From positions 31,348 to 95,347 of the forward strand of contig CAZIFJ010000001.1 in NCBI GenBank assembly GCA_964538235.1: a stretch of DNA of 64,000 nt. The letters run 5' to 3'. A program made the translations under genes and the position numbers. Under the pieces are notes generated by a model. It saw only the letters and a program-made list of their open reading frames with translations, was not told where the DNA came from and did not search any database. Shown here piece after piece: positions 28,981 through 38,991 of this stretch. How positions within the stretch are numbered: the stretch's first letter is position 1; the number at the start of each line of letters is the position of its first letter. Origin of the DNA: Candidatus Woesearchaeota archaeon (lineage in GTDB: Archaea; Nanobdellota; Nanobdellia; Pacearchaeales; GW2011-AR1).

Positions 28981-29619
28981 ATGCTTAAAATATTAAGAGA
29001 TTTTTCAAAGAGGATATTATATTCCATATTTAAGAAAAAAGAGAATATAAAAATTGGTTTATATGGCCCACCAAATTCTGGAAAAACTAGCTTAGCAAAC
29101 TTGATTTGTAAAGATTGGACTGGTGAAGAATTAGGAGCAGTTAGTAAAATTCCTCATGAAACAAGGCATGTTCAATTCAAGGAAAAAATAGAAATTAAAT
29201 ACAAGGGAAAAAGTTTGATAATGAAAATGATTGATACACCTGGAATTGCAACAAAAATAGATTATGAAGATTTTTTGAAATATGGTGTAAATAAAAAAGA
29301 AGCGAAAAAAAGAGCGCGAGAAGCTACTCAAGGAATTATAGAATCTATTCAATGGCTAGATGATATGAATGCAGTTATTGTTGTTTTAGATTCAACAGGA
29401 AATCCTTATTCTCAAGTTAATATTACAATAATCGGAAATTTAGTAGCGAGAAAAATTCCGGTTTTGATTGTCGCAAATAAAATCGATTTGAGAAAGTCAA
29501 GTGTTAAAAGAGTTGAAGCGGCATTTCCAGAATATGAGGTTGTTGGAATTTCTGCAAAAGAGGGAAAAAATCTAGACGAGTTTTATGAAGCCTTGTTTAG
29601 ATTGTCAAAGAAAATATGA
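28981..29619 (+). CDS. Small Ras-superfamily GTPase (archaeal predicted GTPase)
   Basis: G1 GPPNSGKTSL, G3 DTPG, G4 NKID. 212 aa. Confidence 0.75.
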   Translation: MLKILRDFSKRILYSIFKKKENIKIGLYGPPNSGKTSLANLICKDWTGEELGAVSKIPHETRHVQFKEKIEIKYKGKSLIMKMIDTPGIATKIDYEDFLKYGVNKKEAKKRAREATQGIIESIQWLDDMNAVIVVLDSTGNPYSQVNITIIGNLVARKIPVLIVANKIDLRKSSVKRVEAAFPEYEVVGISAKEGKNLDEFYEALFRLSKKI

Positions 29620-30026
29620 GTTTCAAAAATAAAAATACAAAAGAGAAAAAAATTCATGGACTTAGTTTACAAGTAATTCCATTTTCAGAAGTACAACAAT
29701 TATCTATTTCTGAAAGAGTAAAAAAAGTATTAAGTTTAGTTTTAAGCAATAAAGTTGTTATCTTACATGGGAGATTAAGAGCAGAAGAAGAGGCGAGATT
29801 AATTGAAGATACTATGGCCCTTGTAGGTAACTTAAAAAATTTTAAAGGAATAGAATTAGCAGTCATAGAGCCCGATATAAAAAATGAAAGTTTCTTTATA
29901 AAACTCAGACATGGAATAGCAAAAAGACTTGTCGGAGACAATAGTGCCTTGACAGTTATTGGTCCAGCTTCTATAATAAAAGACATAAAAAGAGATCCTA
30001 AGAAAATAGAGCTTTTATTAGGCTAA
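29616..30026 (+). CDS. Conserved small partner protein of the GTPase (possibly DUF2073-like or roadblock-like)
   Basis: Translationally coupled to the GTPase by a 4-bp overlap. 136 aa. Confidence 0.4.
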   Translation: MSFKNKNTKEKKIHGLSLQVIPFSEVQQLSISERVKKVLSLVLSNKVVILHGRLRAEEEARLIEDTMALVGNLKNFKGIELAVIEPDIKNESFFIKLRHGIAKRLVGDNSALTVIGPASIIKDIKRDPKKIELLLG

Positions 30027-30064
30027 ACCAAAAGATTTAAATACAAATAAGATTAATCTTATTT

Positions 30065-30283
30065 ATGTTAATTGACACAACAAAAATGAGCTCAAGAGGA
30101 CAAGTAGTAATTCCTTTAGATATACGGAAGGGAATTAAAGAAGGAGACAAACTTATAGTCATTAGAAAAGATAATGAGATTATTATAAAAAAATCAATTC
30201 CAGAAACAGCGATATGGTCAGAAAGTTCATTATCAAAAACTTGGCTGAATAAAGAGGAAGACGAAATATGGAAAAATTTGTAG
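30065..30283 (+). CDS. mazE: MazE/AbrB-SpoVT family antitoxin
   Basis: MSSRGQVVIPLDIRKGIKEGDKLIVI fits the swapped-hairpin SpoVT/AbrB motif. It overlaps the next gene. Confidence 0.7.
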   Translation: MLIDTTKMSSRGQVVIPLDIRKGIKEGDKLIVIRKDNEIIIKKSIPETAIWSESSLSKTWLNKEEDEIWKNL

Positions 30284-30600
30284 GAGGAGATGTAGTTATT
30301 CTAAATTTTCCTTTTACAAATCTCTCAAATAAAAAAAGAAGACCTGCTTTAATTATTAAAGTTCCAAAGGGTGAAGATTTGATTGTCTGTCAAATAACAG
30401 GAAAATCATACGATTCTTCAGTTGAAGTGGTTTTAAAAAAAGAAGATTTTCAAGAAGGAAATTTAAAATTAGAAAGCTATCTCAGAATAGACAAAATGCT
30501 TTCAATTGAGAAATATTTAATAAACTACAAAGCAGGCTCATTAAAAAAAGAAAAATTTAATGAAATTCTAGATAAAATTTGTAATTTTCTAAAAGAATAA
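30268..30600 (+). CDS. mazF: MazF/PemK family toxin
   Basis: GDVVILNFPFTNLSNKKRRPALII...ITGK fits the PemK/MazF consensus. Confidence 0.75.
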   Translation: MEKFVGGDVVILNFPFTNLSNKKRRPALIIKVPKGEDLIVCQITGKSYDSSVEVVLKKEDFQEGNLKLESYLRIDKMLSIEKYLINYKAGSLKKEKFNEILDKICNFLKE

Positions 30601-30648
30601 AAAATAAAAATTCCCTCAGAAAATTAGAGGGAAAATAAAAAATTAATT

Positions 30649-31125
30649 TTATGGATCACAACAAATACAAGAACTTCCATCTTTAATAGCAATACTACAA
30701 GCAATGACATCTCCTGAAGAATTACTTCCAAGAAAACAAGTTCTAGGTTTACGATCAAAAGTATTACCTATAACTTTACATGCTCCAACACATGTATTTG
30801 AAGAACCATAGTTTAGTCTATCTGCTTCTTTTTTAATTGAACTAGCATTTGCTATAACGTGCTGTTTACATGATTGAATTTTATCAAAAATAGTACTAAT
30901 ATCTGTTTTACTATCAATTTTTTTCTCTAAATATTCAACAGCACTAGTCAGTACTTCATTTGTATAAAAAAGATTGTCAACTTCCTGCTTAGTATAAACT
31001 TCAGTTCCTTTTTTAGCAGATGAAACTTTTATAACATCTCCAGTCAACTTAACTGTCCCAAACACAACTATTCCAGAAACAATTAAACAAATAATCAATA
31101 CCATCCAAAAATCCTTTGTTTCCAT
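30649..31125 (-). CDS. Secreted/anchored Cys-rich small protein
   Basis: There is an N-terminal TM segment. Eight Cys are clustered at the C-terminus (CVGAC...CICC). Confidence 0.45.
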   Translation of the reverse strand: METKDFWMVLIICLIVSGIVVFGTVKLTGDVIKVSSAKKGTEVYTKQEVDNLFYTNEVLTSAVEYLEKKIDSKTDISTIFDKIQSCKQHVIANASSIKKEADRLNYGSSNTCVGACKVIGNTFDRKPRTCFLGSNSSGDVIACSIAIKDGSSCICCDP

Positions 31126-31217
31126 TTATTTCATTCCTCCTTTCATTTTCAAATAAGTTTTTCAAACTCAAATTTTTAATGGATATATATATATATCTTT
31201 CGTTCTTAACTAAGATT

Positions 31218-31616
31218 ATGCCCTACAAATGTGTTCATTGCGCAGAATTTTATGATGACGGCTCGCAAGAGCTTCTTATTGGCTGCAAAAATTGCGGTAG
31301 AAAATTCTTTTTTTATATTAAAAAGGAAAAATTTGAGTTAATGCAACAAATGCAAAAACAAGAAGAGATCGTTTTAACAGAAAAGGAAAAGAACCAGATG
31401 GAAGAAGACGTCAGGCAGATTGCAGGAATAGAAAACGAAGAAGTTCCAGTTTTTCTTGAATTTGAAAGTGTAAGTATAGTTAAACCAGGAAAATACTTAA
31501 TTGATTTGACAAAGCTGTTTGCCCAAAACAAACCAAGAATTTATAAGTTAGAAGATGGGAAATATATAGTTGATATGTCCTCTTCATCGAAAAATAAGAA
31601 TAATAGTATCATTTAA
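31218..31616 (+). CDS. Zn-ribbon protein (DUF2072-like) with a C-terminal NKPRIYKLEDGKYIVDM motif
   Basis: MPYKCVHCAEFYDDGSQELLIGCKNCGRKFFFY has the C4 ribbon. The ORF-track start at 31116 is probably too far upstream because it overlaps the convergent gene. Confidence 0.55.
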   Translation: MPYKCVHCAEFYDDGSQELLIGCKNCGRKFFFYIKKEKFELMQQMQKQEEIVLTEKEKNQMEEDVRQIAGIENEEVPVFLEFESVSIVKPGKYLIDLTKLFAQNKPRIYKLEDGKYIVDMSSSSKNKNNSII

Positions 31617-31640
31617 AAATATATTTCTCCCTATCTCTTT

Positions 31641-32915
31641 ATGAAACTAAAACAACTTTTAAAAACTTTAAACTTTTTTCCAGAAGAAGAAACTTTAAAG
31701 AGACTCAAAAAAGACTCAAGTAATTTTAAAAAATTGCTTGAAGTAGAAATGAAATCTAAAAAAATTAAAGGTGAGATTTTTATCGGTGGAAGCTTTGCAA
31801 AGTCAACATTGGTTAAAAAAGAAATTTATGATATAGATTTTTTTGTTAGATTTGAAAAAACAAAAGAAAATATTTCTGAACTCCTTGAGAAAATAATAAA
31901 AGATATTTCAAATAAGAATAATTTTCAATATAATAAAATTCATGGGAGCAGAGATTACTTTAGGATTTCATATTCTAAAAATTATTTTTTTGAAATTGTT
32001 CCGGTTTTAAAAATTAAAAGGCAAAAGGAAGCAGAAAATGTAACGGATTTAAGCTACTTTCATGTTAAATATCTGAAGAAAAAATTAAGCTCAAAAAATT
32101 TAATTAATGAAATACTAATTGCGAAGCAATTTTGTATGGCTCAGGGCATTTACGGAGCAGAGAGTTATATAAATGGATTTTCAGGATATGGGTTAGAATG
32201 CTTGATTATTTACTATAGAACATTTGAGAAAATGGCGAAAGAATTATCTAAATCGAAAGAGAAAATAGTAATAGATATAGAAAAAAAATACAAAAACAAA
32301 AATGAAATTTTAATTTGCCTAAATCAAAGCAAATTGCAGGGTCCAATTGTTTTAATAGATCCAACATATAAAGAAAGGAATGTTCTTGCTGCACTATCTA
32401 ATGAAAGTTTTCAAAAATTTCAAGAATCCTTAAAAAATTTAATTAAGATTCCAAATGAATCTTTTTTCAGAGATAAAAAAATAAAAGAAAGTGAAGTTTC
32501 TTCTTTGGCAAAGAAGTTGTCTGGAGAATTTCTAAATATAACTATTTACACTGATAAACAAAAAGGAGATATTGCTGGCACAAAATTGAGAAAGTTTTCT
32601 AAATTTTTAGCATCCGAGATTTCAAAACGTTTTACAATTTTAAAGGAATATTTTATCTATAATGAAGAGCAAAAAGCAGATGTTTACTTTATTATAAAGC
32701 CAAAAAAAGAAATAATAAGGCAAGGACCAAAAGTTTCAATGAAGAAACATGTTTCTGCTTTCAAAAAAAAGAACAAAAAAACTTTTATAAAAAATAATAT
32801 AATTTATGCAAAAATAGAAAATAATATTCCTGGAAAAGAATATTTATCAAATTTTCATAAAAGCAGGGAACAATTATTGAGAGAAATGGGAATATCAAAT
32901 ATGTTTTTATTTTAA
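31641..32915 (+). CDS. cca: Archaeal class I CCA-adding enzyme (tRNA nucleotidyltransferase)
   Basis: IGGSFAKSTLVKKEIYDIDFFV is the NTase motif. GIYGAESYINGFSGYGLECLII matches archaeal CCA GIYGAE..GFSGY. 424 aa. Confidence 0.75.
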   Translation: MKLKQLLKTLNFFPEEETLKRLKKDSSNFKKLLEVEMKSKKIKGEIFIGGSFAKSTLVKKEIYDIDFFVRFEKTKENISELLEKIIKDISNKNNFQYNKIHGSRDYFRISYSKNYFFEIVPVLKIKRQKEAENVTDLSYFHVKYLKKKLSSKNLINEILIAKQFCMAQGIYGAESYINGFSGYGLECLIIYYRTFEKMAKELSKSKEKIVIDIEKKYKNKNEILICLNQSKLQGPIVLIDPTYKERNVLAALSNESFQKFQESLKNLIKIPNESFFRDKKIKESEVSSLAKKLSGEFLNITIYTDKQKGDIAGTKLRKFSKFLASEISKRFTILKEYFIYNEEQKADVYFIIKPKKEIIRQGPKVSMKKHVSAFKKKNKKTFIKNNIIYAKIENNIPGKEYLSNFHKSREQLLREMGISNMFLF

Positions 32916-32918
32916 AGA

Positions 32919-33449
32919 TTAATTTTCTCTAGAAGGACGTATACCGAGAGACCAATACGCATCATTAGGATTCTGGTAGAAACCAAAGCCAGTCGTAACA
33001 TAGCCAGAACCGAACCCTCCTATTCTTTCATCTAAATTATCTGGTTTTGAATTTGGTCTATAAATATAAGTATCTCTTCCACTAATCCATTTAACAATAA
33101 AATCAATTTCAGAAATTGAATCTTTTGTTCCAAGAAGAGTTTGATAAACTTCTACATCAGAAAGATTTTTTATGTAATCATTCATTCCAACAAAATCAAC
33201 TTCTCCAAAATAAGAATCATCCATTCCATAATTATGTATGATTCTATCTCTTTTTTTTGTTTTATATGGAATTTTTGTCAATGTCATAATATTTTTTTCT
33301 CTTACTAATTTTCCTAAAACTGTGTTTATTTTATATTTCTCATTTCCATCTTCAGAATCCAGCATTGCCTTAATTATATTATAAAATAAAGGAAAATCAG
33401 GAGTATAAAACTCTCCATTTTTCTGAGCTTTTCTCGAAAATTCAGCCAA
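32919..33449 (-). CDS. Hypothetical protein, possibly nuclease-like
   Basis: 176-aa ORF. No confident family. The VDFVG...EIDFIVK segment is vaguely PD-(D/E)xK-like. Confidence 0.35.
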   Translation of the reverse strand: MAEFSRKAQKNGEFYTPDFPLFYNIIKAMLDSEDGNEKYKINTVLGKLVREKNIMTLTKIPYKTKKRDRIIHNYGMDDSYFGEVDFVGMNDYIKNLSDVEVYQTLLGTKDSISEIDFIVKWISGRDTYIYRPNSKPDNLDERIGGFGSGYVTTGFGFYQNPNDAYWSLGIRPSREN

Positions 33450-33584
33450 TTCATCTTGAGTTTTAGCACTTCCATTATCAAGATAATTTTTTAGTAAATC
33501 ATAATTTCCAACTTCTCCTCTATAAAGGACATTATTTATCGTCCAGAAATCTTTACTGTTTGCTAATTCACTTTTTATTTTAAA

Positions 33585-34370
33585 TTAATTTCCACTATTT
33601 TTTATACTTTGCTCAACTATATTTGAAATTGATTCTGTAAAGAATGGAGAGTTAAGCCAGATAGCCATATGTTCATCAGAATTATCTGGCGTTAACATAA
33701 ATAAAATTTCTCTTTTGTCAGCAATAAATAATCTTGCGTTTGAATCAACAGATCTAGCTTTTATATTAAATCTTGTATTAACTTTCTTTATTTTTTCTTT
33801 ATCTCCTGATAGAGCAACTTTAACTTTAACATTATTCTTAGTTAATTTTTCTATGTAAGGAACTAAAACTCTACTTTTTTCTTCAAAGTCTAAAACAGAC
33901 GTACAGATTATTAATTCTTTTTTTACATTTTCTACAATTTCTCTTATTTTTCCTAATAAGTTTGATTTTCCTTTTATTGATCCAGAAATTTCATTTACTT
34001 TTATAGGAGTTATTCCGTTTGTATGTAATTCTTCTAATTCAACATATTCTTGAGTTTCTTTTAAGTCAGTCAATGAAACAACTTTTTCTTGTGCTTCGTT
34101 CATAACTTTATTTTTCATTTTCTCAACTACTTCAGTTGGTTTAACAGAAATGTATTTTACTGGCTTGCCTATTTTTACAATTGCAAATCCTTGTTTTTCC
34201 AAAGACTCTAAAACATCATAAGTTCTACTTCTTGGAACTCCTGATATTTCTGCAATTTCTCCTGCAGATGCGATTCCCTTAGAAAGTAAAGCGAACCAAA
34301 CTTTCGTTTCATAAATATTTAAATTAAAATATTCCTTTATTCGCTTTACTAAGTCTTGCTTTATCATCAT
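33585..34370 (-). CDS. TrmB-family transcriptional regulator
   Basis: The N-terminal wHTH is ETKVWFALLSKGIASAGEIAEISGVPRSRTYDVLESLEKQGF, followed by a C-terminal TrmB-like domain. Confidence 0.7.
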   Translation of the reverse strand: MMIKQDLVKRIKEYFNLNIYETKVWFALLSKGIASAGEIAEISGVPRSRTYDVLESLEKQGFAIVKIGKPVKYISVKPTEVVEKMKNKVMNEAQEKVVSLTDLKETQEYVELEELHTNGITPIKVNEISGSIKGKSNLLGKIREIVENVKKELIICTSVLDFEEKSRVLVPYIEKLTKNNVKVKVALSGDKEKIKKVNTRFNIKARSVDSNARLFIADKREILFMLTPDNSDEHMAIWLNSPFFTESISNIVEQSIKNSGN

Positions 34371-34461
34371 AAAGGAACAACAAATAGATACTATTTAAAC
34401 CTTTCTCTTGTTATGACTTTTAGATAACAAACTTTATATATAGAAAAGTTCGTGAATAAAA

Positions 34462-34851
34462 ATGCAAGATAAAATGTTTAGCTTAAACGAAGCAAAATAT
34501 ACGGACGAAAGTTTAAATTTAGATTTTATCCTAAGAGATAAAGACCCATATAAATTTTATTTAGATAAGCTATTAGAGGTTCAAAGAAATGGTAACACAG
34601 TTTGTTTAGGTTATTATCTAGGAATTTCTAAAGATAATTCAAAACTTGTTTTAAGTCCAGTCGTAGTTAGAGAAACTATTTTTGCAAAAAATCTATTTAA
34701 TCAAGACAGATTTTTCTCTTATAGATTTGAAAATTTTCCTGCTTTTATAGAGAACTTCCAAATAGACCTCTTTCCTATTCGAGAAGAATATTTAAAAGAG
34801 TTGGTTAGAAACTCTCAAACACATATAAACGTTATAAGAGATAAACAATAA
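34462..34851 (+). CDS. Hypothetical protein
   Basis: 129-aa ORF. No family recognised. Confidence 0.4.
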   Translation: MQDKMFSLNEAKYTDESLNLDFILRDKDPYKFYLDKLLEVQRNGNTVCLGYYLGISKDNSKLVLSPVVVRETIFAKNLFNQDRFFSYRFENFPAFIENFQIDLFPIREEYLKELVRNSQTHINVIRDKQ

Positions 34852-35746
34852 GCAAAGAAATAAAACATCCTGCTGAAATAAAAGGCATTGCAGGATAAAA
34901 CTTTCCTTTTTCAGAGAAATATAAAAGTAAACTTAATGCTAATGTTGCCCCAATTGAAATAATCAAAGCTGAAAAAATTCCATAAGCAAATAAAACAACG
35001 CCTGCAACAATTATCGGAAATACAACATCTCCTCCTCCGAGAAGAGCAACATGAACTTTTACTTTTTTCTTTTTCAGTTCTTTTTCAGTTAATTCCTTTA
35101 TTAATCTTCGGTCTTTATCATTTATATAAGGAACAAAAAATCCAGAAAATAATCTTAATTTTTGAATTTGATATTTCGCCATTTTTTGCATAAATCCTGC
35201 GTGCCAGACAGCATAAATGTCATAAAGAGAAATAAATATCAAAAGAAAAATTGTTGAAAATACATTCAACAAAGGGACAAAAATTGCAGCTATTCCTGGA
35301 TAAATTACAAGTTCAGATAAATTATGGACTAAAATATTCCTTCTATAAATTTTTACAATTGCTATAGGGAGAGCAATAATTAATGAAATTAATGAACCAA
35401 ATTTTACGCCAAGAAATAAAGAGTTAATCGTTATAGCGATTGCTAATGTAACAACAAACAAAAACCACGCTCTTAAAAAAGTTTCAGCCTTTAATTGCAT
35501 CAATAGAAAGATAATAAATACTGCAAAGATTATAGAAAAAATTATAGAGAATAAAACATCAATAGGACTTATTTCTTCATCTTGGCTCAATCCATAAGGA
35601 AGTTTATAATCTTTAGGAAAATTTTCTTCTAAATTTTTTATTTCTTTTTCATATAAACTATAATTCTTAACAACATAAATTCCAATTAATTGTGCAAGAA
35701 AAAACATTGCAATTATTAAAAAAGTTATTTTATGAGAGTGTTTCAT
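34832..35746 (-). CDS. Presenilin/signal-peptide-peptidase family intramembrane aspartyl protease
   Basis: It has the YD motif (ISLYDIY), GxGD (LGGGDVV) and a PAL-like motif (YPAMP), plus multiple TM helices. Confidence 0.65.
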   Translation of the reverse strand: MKHSHKITFLIIAMFFLAQLIGIYVVKNYSLYEKEIKNLEENFPKDYKLPYGLSQDEEISPIDVLFSIIFSIIFAVFIIFLLMQLKAETFLRAWFLFVVTLAIAITINSLFLGVKFGSLISLIIALPIAIVKIYRRNILVHNLSELVIYPGIAAIFVPLLNVFSTIFLLIFISLYDIYAVWHAGFMQKMAKYQIQKLRLFSGFFVPYINDKDRRLIKELTEKELKKKKVKVHVALLGGGDVVFPIIVAGVVLFAYGIFSALIISIGATLALSLLLYFSEKGKFYPAMPFISAGCFISLLIVYLL

Positions 35747-35800
35747 AATTTTTTATGTTTGTAAAGTTTATATAGTTACTTTAGCTTAAAAAATAAACGT

Positions 35801-36331
35801 CTAATCTCCTCTAAAAACATATTTTTCGCCTCTTTTATATACAATTCCTGCGTAAAATGGCTCTTCTTTTCCATATAAGGAAGTATATATTCCATTCATA
35901 ACGTTTCCTAAAAATCCAGCCACTTTTCTATTTCCAGAATTTGGCATATTTGCTTTTAGAGCATGACTCATATGTTGATTTTTTGCCCTTTGTATAATAT
36001 CTTCCAAGTCAGAATCTCCAAACATATCTACAATATATTTTCCATCTTCCGACTTATGTATTCTTGGTTTGTTTTTCCAGGTAGTTAATTTATCAACTCC
36101 TTCTATTAATTCTAAACTAAGTTCTGTAGGCGTTTCAGTTCCACTTCTAATATCAGGCAATACATTTTCTATATCTTCACTTTTACCTTGATAATAAAAA
36201 AATCCATAAGCTTCTCCAATTTTTTCACTTACTTTTCTTCCAGCTCTTCCGTCAATACAAATTTCTCTACCATTTTTATCAATAAAATCGTAGGATTTAA
36301 TTTCTTTTATCATAATTATAATCAGATTCAT
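35801..36331 (-). CDS. Hypothetical protein sharing a ~40-aa domain with the Zn-ribbon protein at 31218
   Basis: LSLELIEGVDKLTTWKNKPRIHKSEDGKYIVDMFG matches LEFESVSIVKPGKYLIDLTKLFAQNKPRIYKLEDGKYIVDMSS. Confidence 0.45.
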   Translation of the reverse strand: MNLIIIMIKEIKSYDFIDKNGREICIDGRAGRKVSEKIGEAYGFFYYQGKSEDIENVLPDIRSGTETPTELSLELIEGVDKLTTWKNKPRIHKSEDGKYIVDMFGDSDLEDIIQRAKNQHMSHALKANMPNSGNRKVAGFLGNVMNGIYTSLYGKEEPFYAGIVYKRGEKYVFRGD

Positions 36332-36367
36332 AACTATTTAAATCTTTCTATAGTTATTACTTTATAG

Positions 36368-38260
36368 TTACTTCAATCTCAATGTTTCCAAATTTCTCGG
36401 CGCGCTCGTTTCAACATGATTTAATTTATACAATGAAGAAGCTAAATCTAAACATTTTGAAACTTCTCCGTGATTTACAACAATTCTTCTAGGGCGAGGA
36501 CTCATTCTACTAACGTACTGCATTAATTCATTTCTTCCAGAATGAGCAGATAATCCATTTAAAGTCTCAACCTGCATTTTCACAATTACTTTTTCTCCTC
36601 CAAAATTTTTGTCTAATGAAACTTCTTTATTTCCTTCTTGAACTTGCCTTCCCAATGAACCAATTGCTTGGTAACATCCAAAAATAATTAAATTTCTAGG
36701 ACTATCTGCTAAATTCTTGAAATATTCAACAGATGCCCCCCCAATTAACATTCCCGACGTTGCAATAATGATACAAGGTCCCCCCTCAATAACTTCTTTT
36801 CTTTCAGCCGGACTTCCAACCCTTTTAAAAATATCTGATAAAAACGGATTATCATCCTGAAAAATTTTATTTCTAACACCAGCACTTAAAAAATCTGGAT
36901 ATGCAGTGTGAATTGCATTTATGTCCCAAACCATTCCGTCAATATAAACTGGAATTTTTGGAAGCTCTCCAAGTCTTATTGATTCTTCAACTCTCAAAAC
37001 AGTTTCTTGCGAGTGTCCAAGCCCAAGTTCAGGAAGAAGAATTTTTCCTCCTCTCTCAATTGTTTGCTTTGCCAATTCTAAAAATTTATTTTCAGTATCT
37101 CTTCTTTGAGGAAGAACATCATTTTTTGAGCCGTATGTTGATTCAATTGTTAAAGTTTCAACTCGCGGAAATCTATTTACAGCAGGGTCTAACAATCTTG
37201 TTTTTCCATAATTTGTATCTGCGCCATAAACTAAATTATGCAAACCATTTCCAATATTAATATGAACTTGAGCCGAGCCTAAAACATGTCCTGCATTGTA
37301 AAAAGTAATTCTCATATCAGGAGTTACATCTGTAACTTCCCCATACTCCAAGCAAATTGAGTGCCTTACCATTTCTTTTATGTCTTCTGCTTTGTACAAA
37401 GGTGCTTCAGCTTGTTTGTAAGCAACACCAACAAAATCTAAAGCTAATAGTGAAGCAATATCTCTCGTCGGAGCAGTCATATAAATTGGACCCCTATAAC
37501 CCATTTTATACAAGTAAGGAATTAATCCACTATGGTCTATATGAGCATGGCTTAAAATAATCGCATCAATTGTGTTAATATCGCCAACTTCTCCAATGTC
37601 AAAATACGGAAACTTTTCCTGTCCTTCGTCAATCGCAGGATTTATTCCACAATCTAATAATATTTTTGAATTTGGAGTAAAAAGCAACAAGCAAGATCTC
37701 CCAACTTGTCTCCCACTTCCTAAATAAGTAAGTCTGACCCAAATATCTTTTTTTTCAGGATTCCATTCTTTGTAAATTTTTTTCCCAATGTCATTCAAAA
37801 ATTTTCTTCTATAAACATTATTTGCATATAATACCGACCTAATTTTTTCAGTGATTTTACTTGCTATTGCAGGACTTCTCTGAACAGTTGGAAGCCAAAA
37901 CGTGCTCTTTTTTATATCTCCTAAAATAGAACCTTGTTTTCCAATAACTAATCCGGGTTTTTTCGCTTCAATTACAACCACGCTTCTTTGAACATCAAAA
38001 ATAATATTATTTATCTCTGCTTCTTCAGGAACTAAGGCCCTAATTGTTTTTTCAGTTTCTTCTTCAGGAGCGAGAATATCTTTTTCAGCTCTAAGTTCAA
38101 TTCTCTTTTTTATTTTATCAACAACAGATTTTATTTTTTCATCTCCATTTCTAAAAAATTCTTTGTCTTTCGTGTATAAAACTATATTTGCTCCTTCAAA
38201 TGTCGCATCACTTATTATACTTGGTAATTCTTCTTTAATACTTTTTAAAATATCTCCCAT
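36368..38260 (-). CDS. Archaeal CPSF1-like beta-CASP ribonuclease (KH + metallo-beta-lactamase + beta-CASP)
   Basis: 630 aa. There are N-terminal KH domains, the HxHxDH motif LSHAHIDHSG, and a beta-CASP C-terminus. Confidence 0.85.
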   Translation of the reverse strand: MGDILKSIKEELPSIISDATFEGANIVLYTKDKEFFRNGDEKIKSVVDKIKKRIELRAEKDILAPEEETEKTIRALVPEEAEINNIIFDVQRSVVVIEAKKPGLVIGKQGSILGDIKKSTFWLPTVQRSPAIASKITEKIRSVLYANNVYRRKFLNDIGKKIYKEWNPEKKDIWVRLTYLGSGRQVGRSCLLLFTPNSKILLDCGINPAIDEGQEKFPYFDIGEVGDINTIDAIILSHAHIDHSGLIPYLYKMGYRGPIYMTAPTRDIASLLALDFVGVAYKQAEAPLYKAEDIKEMVRHSICLEYGEVTDVTPDMRITFYNAGHVLGSAQVHINIGNGLHNLVYGADTNYGKTRLLDPAVNRFPRVETLTIESTYGSKNDVLPQRRDTENKFLELAKQTIERGGKILLPELGLGHSQETVLRVEESIRLGELPKIPVYIDGMVWDINAIHTAYPDFLSAGVRNKIFQDDNPFLSDIFKRVGSPAERKEVIEGGPCIIIATSGMLIGGASVEYFKNLADSPRNLIIFGCYQAIGSLGRQVQEGNKEVSLDKNFGGEKVIVKMQVETLNGLSAHSGRNELMQYVSRMSPRPRRIVVNHGEVSKCLDLASSLYKLNHVETSAPRNLETLRLK

Positions 38261-38273
38261 GTTAAAAATAAAA

Positions 38274-38924
38274 TCATTTGTACTGAGGAATAATTTGCTC
38301 AGAAACTGCGTGTTGAATTCCGTCTTTAGTTACAGAAAAAACATCAATGCCATTTCCAGAGCCAATATCTCTTTGTGTTGAGGCTTTAAGGCATTCTTTT
38401 GCTAATTCAATTCCTTCTTTTACACTTAAATCTTTTTTATAAGTTCTTTCCAACAATCCCAAAATATAAGGCATTCCAGAGGAAAAATTAGCATCATAAT
38501 CATTTACTTTGTAAACTCCTCCAGCCGGCTCGATTGTATATAATTCAGTTGTTCCGTCTTCATTAAATCCAGCCACTAACATTCCAACAATACTTTGTAT
38601 CATCGATGGATTTCTAATATTTCTATAAATCATCATTCCAATAAGATTCGCAGCTTCTTTAACAGATGGTCTTGATTTTGTTTTTAATTCAATTAATCTC
38701 AATTCAGCAGCAATAACTTTCTGGCTTAAATCAATATCAGAAGCCAATCCTGTTCCAGCAGTTACAACATAATCATTTACTTTAACAACTTTCAGAGAAT
38801 CCTTACTCATTACAATATTTCCAGCAGTTGCTCTCCTATCTCCTCCAATTATAACTCCATCTCTACATACAATCGCTACTAAACTCGTATTTGACCTCAA
38901 AACACTTTCATTAATATCTTTCAT
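38274..38924 (-). CDS. psmB: Proteasome subunit beta
   Basis: A propeptide followed by the TSLVAIVCRDGVIIGGDRRATAG N-terminal nucleophile hydrolase core. Confidence 0.85.
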   Translation of the reverse strand: MKDINESVLRSNTSLVAIVCRDGVIIGGDRRATAGNIVMSKDSLKVVKVNDYVVTAGTGLASDIDLSQKVIAAELRLIELKTKSRPSVKEAANLIGMMIYRNIRNPSMIQSIVGMLVAGFNEDGTTELYTIEPAGGVYKVNDYDANFSSGMPYILGLLERTYKKDLSVKEGIELAKECLKASTQRDIGSGNGIDVFSVTKDGIQHAVSEQIIPQYK

Positions 38925-38991
38925 TTTAGAAAAATCCTCTAACTATTTTCTTAACTTTTGCTGGTATTTAAATTTTTCTTTTCTTAAATTA

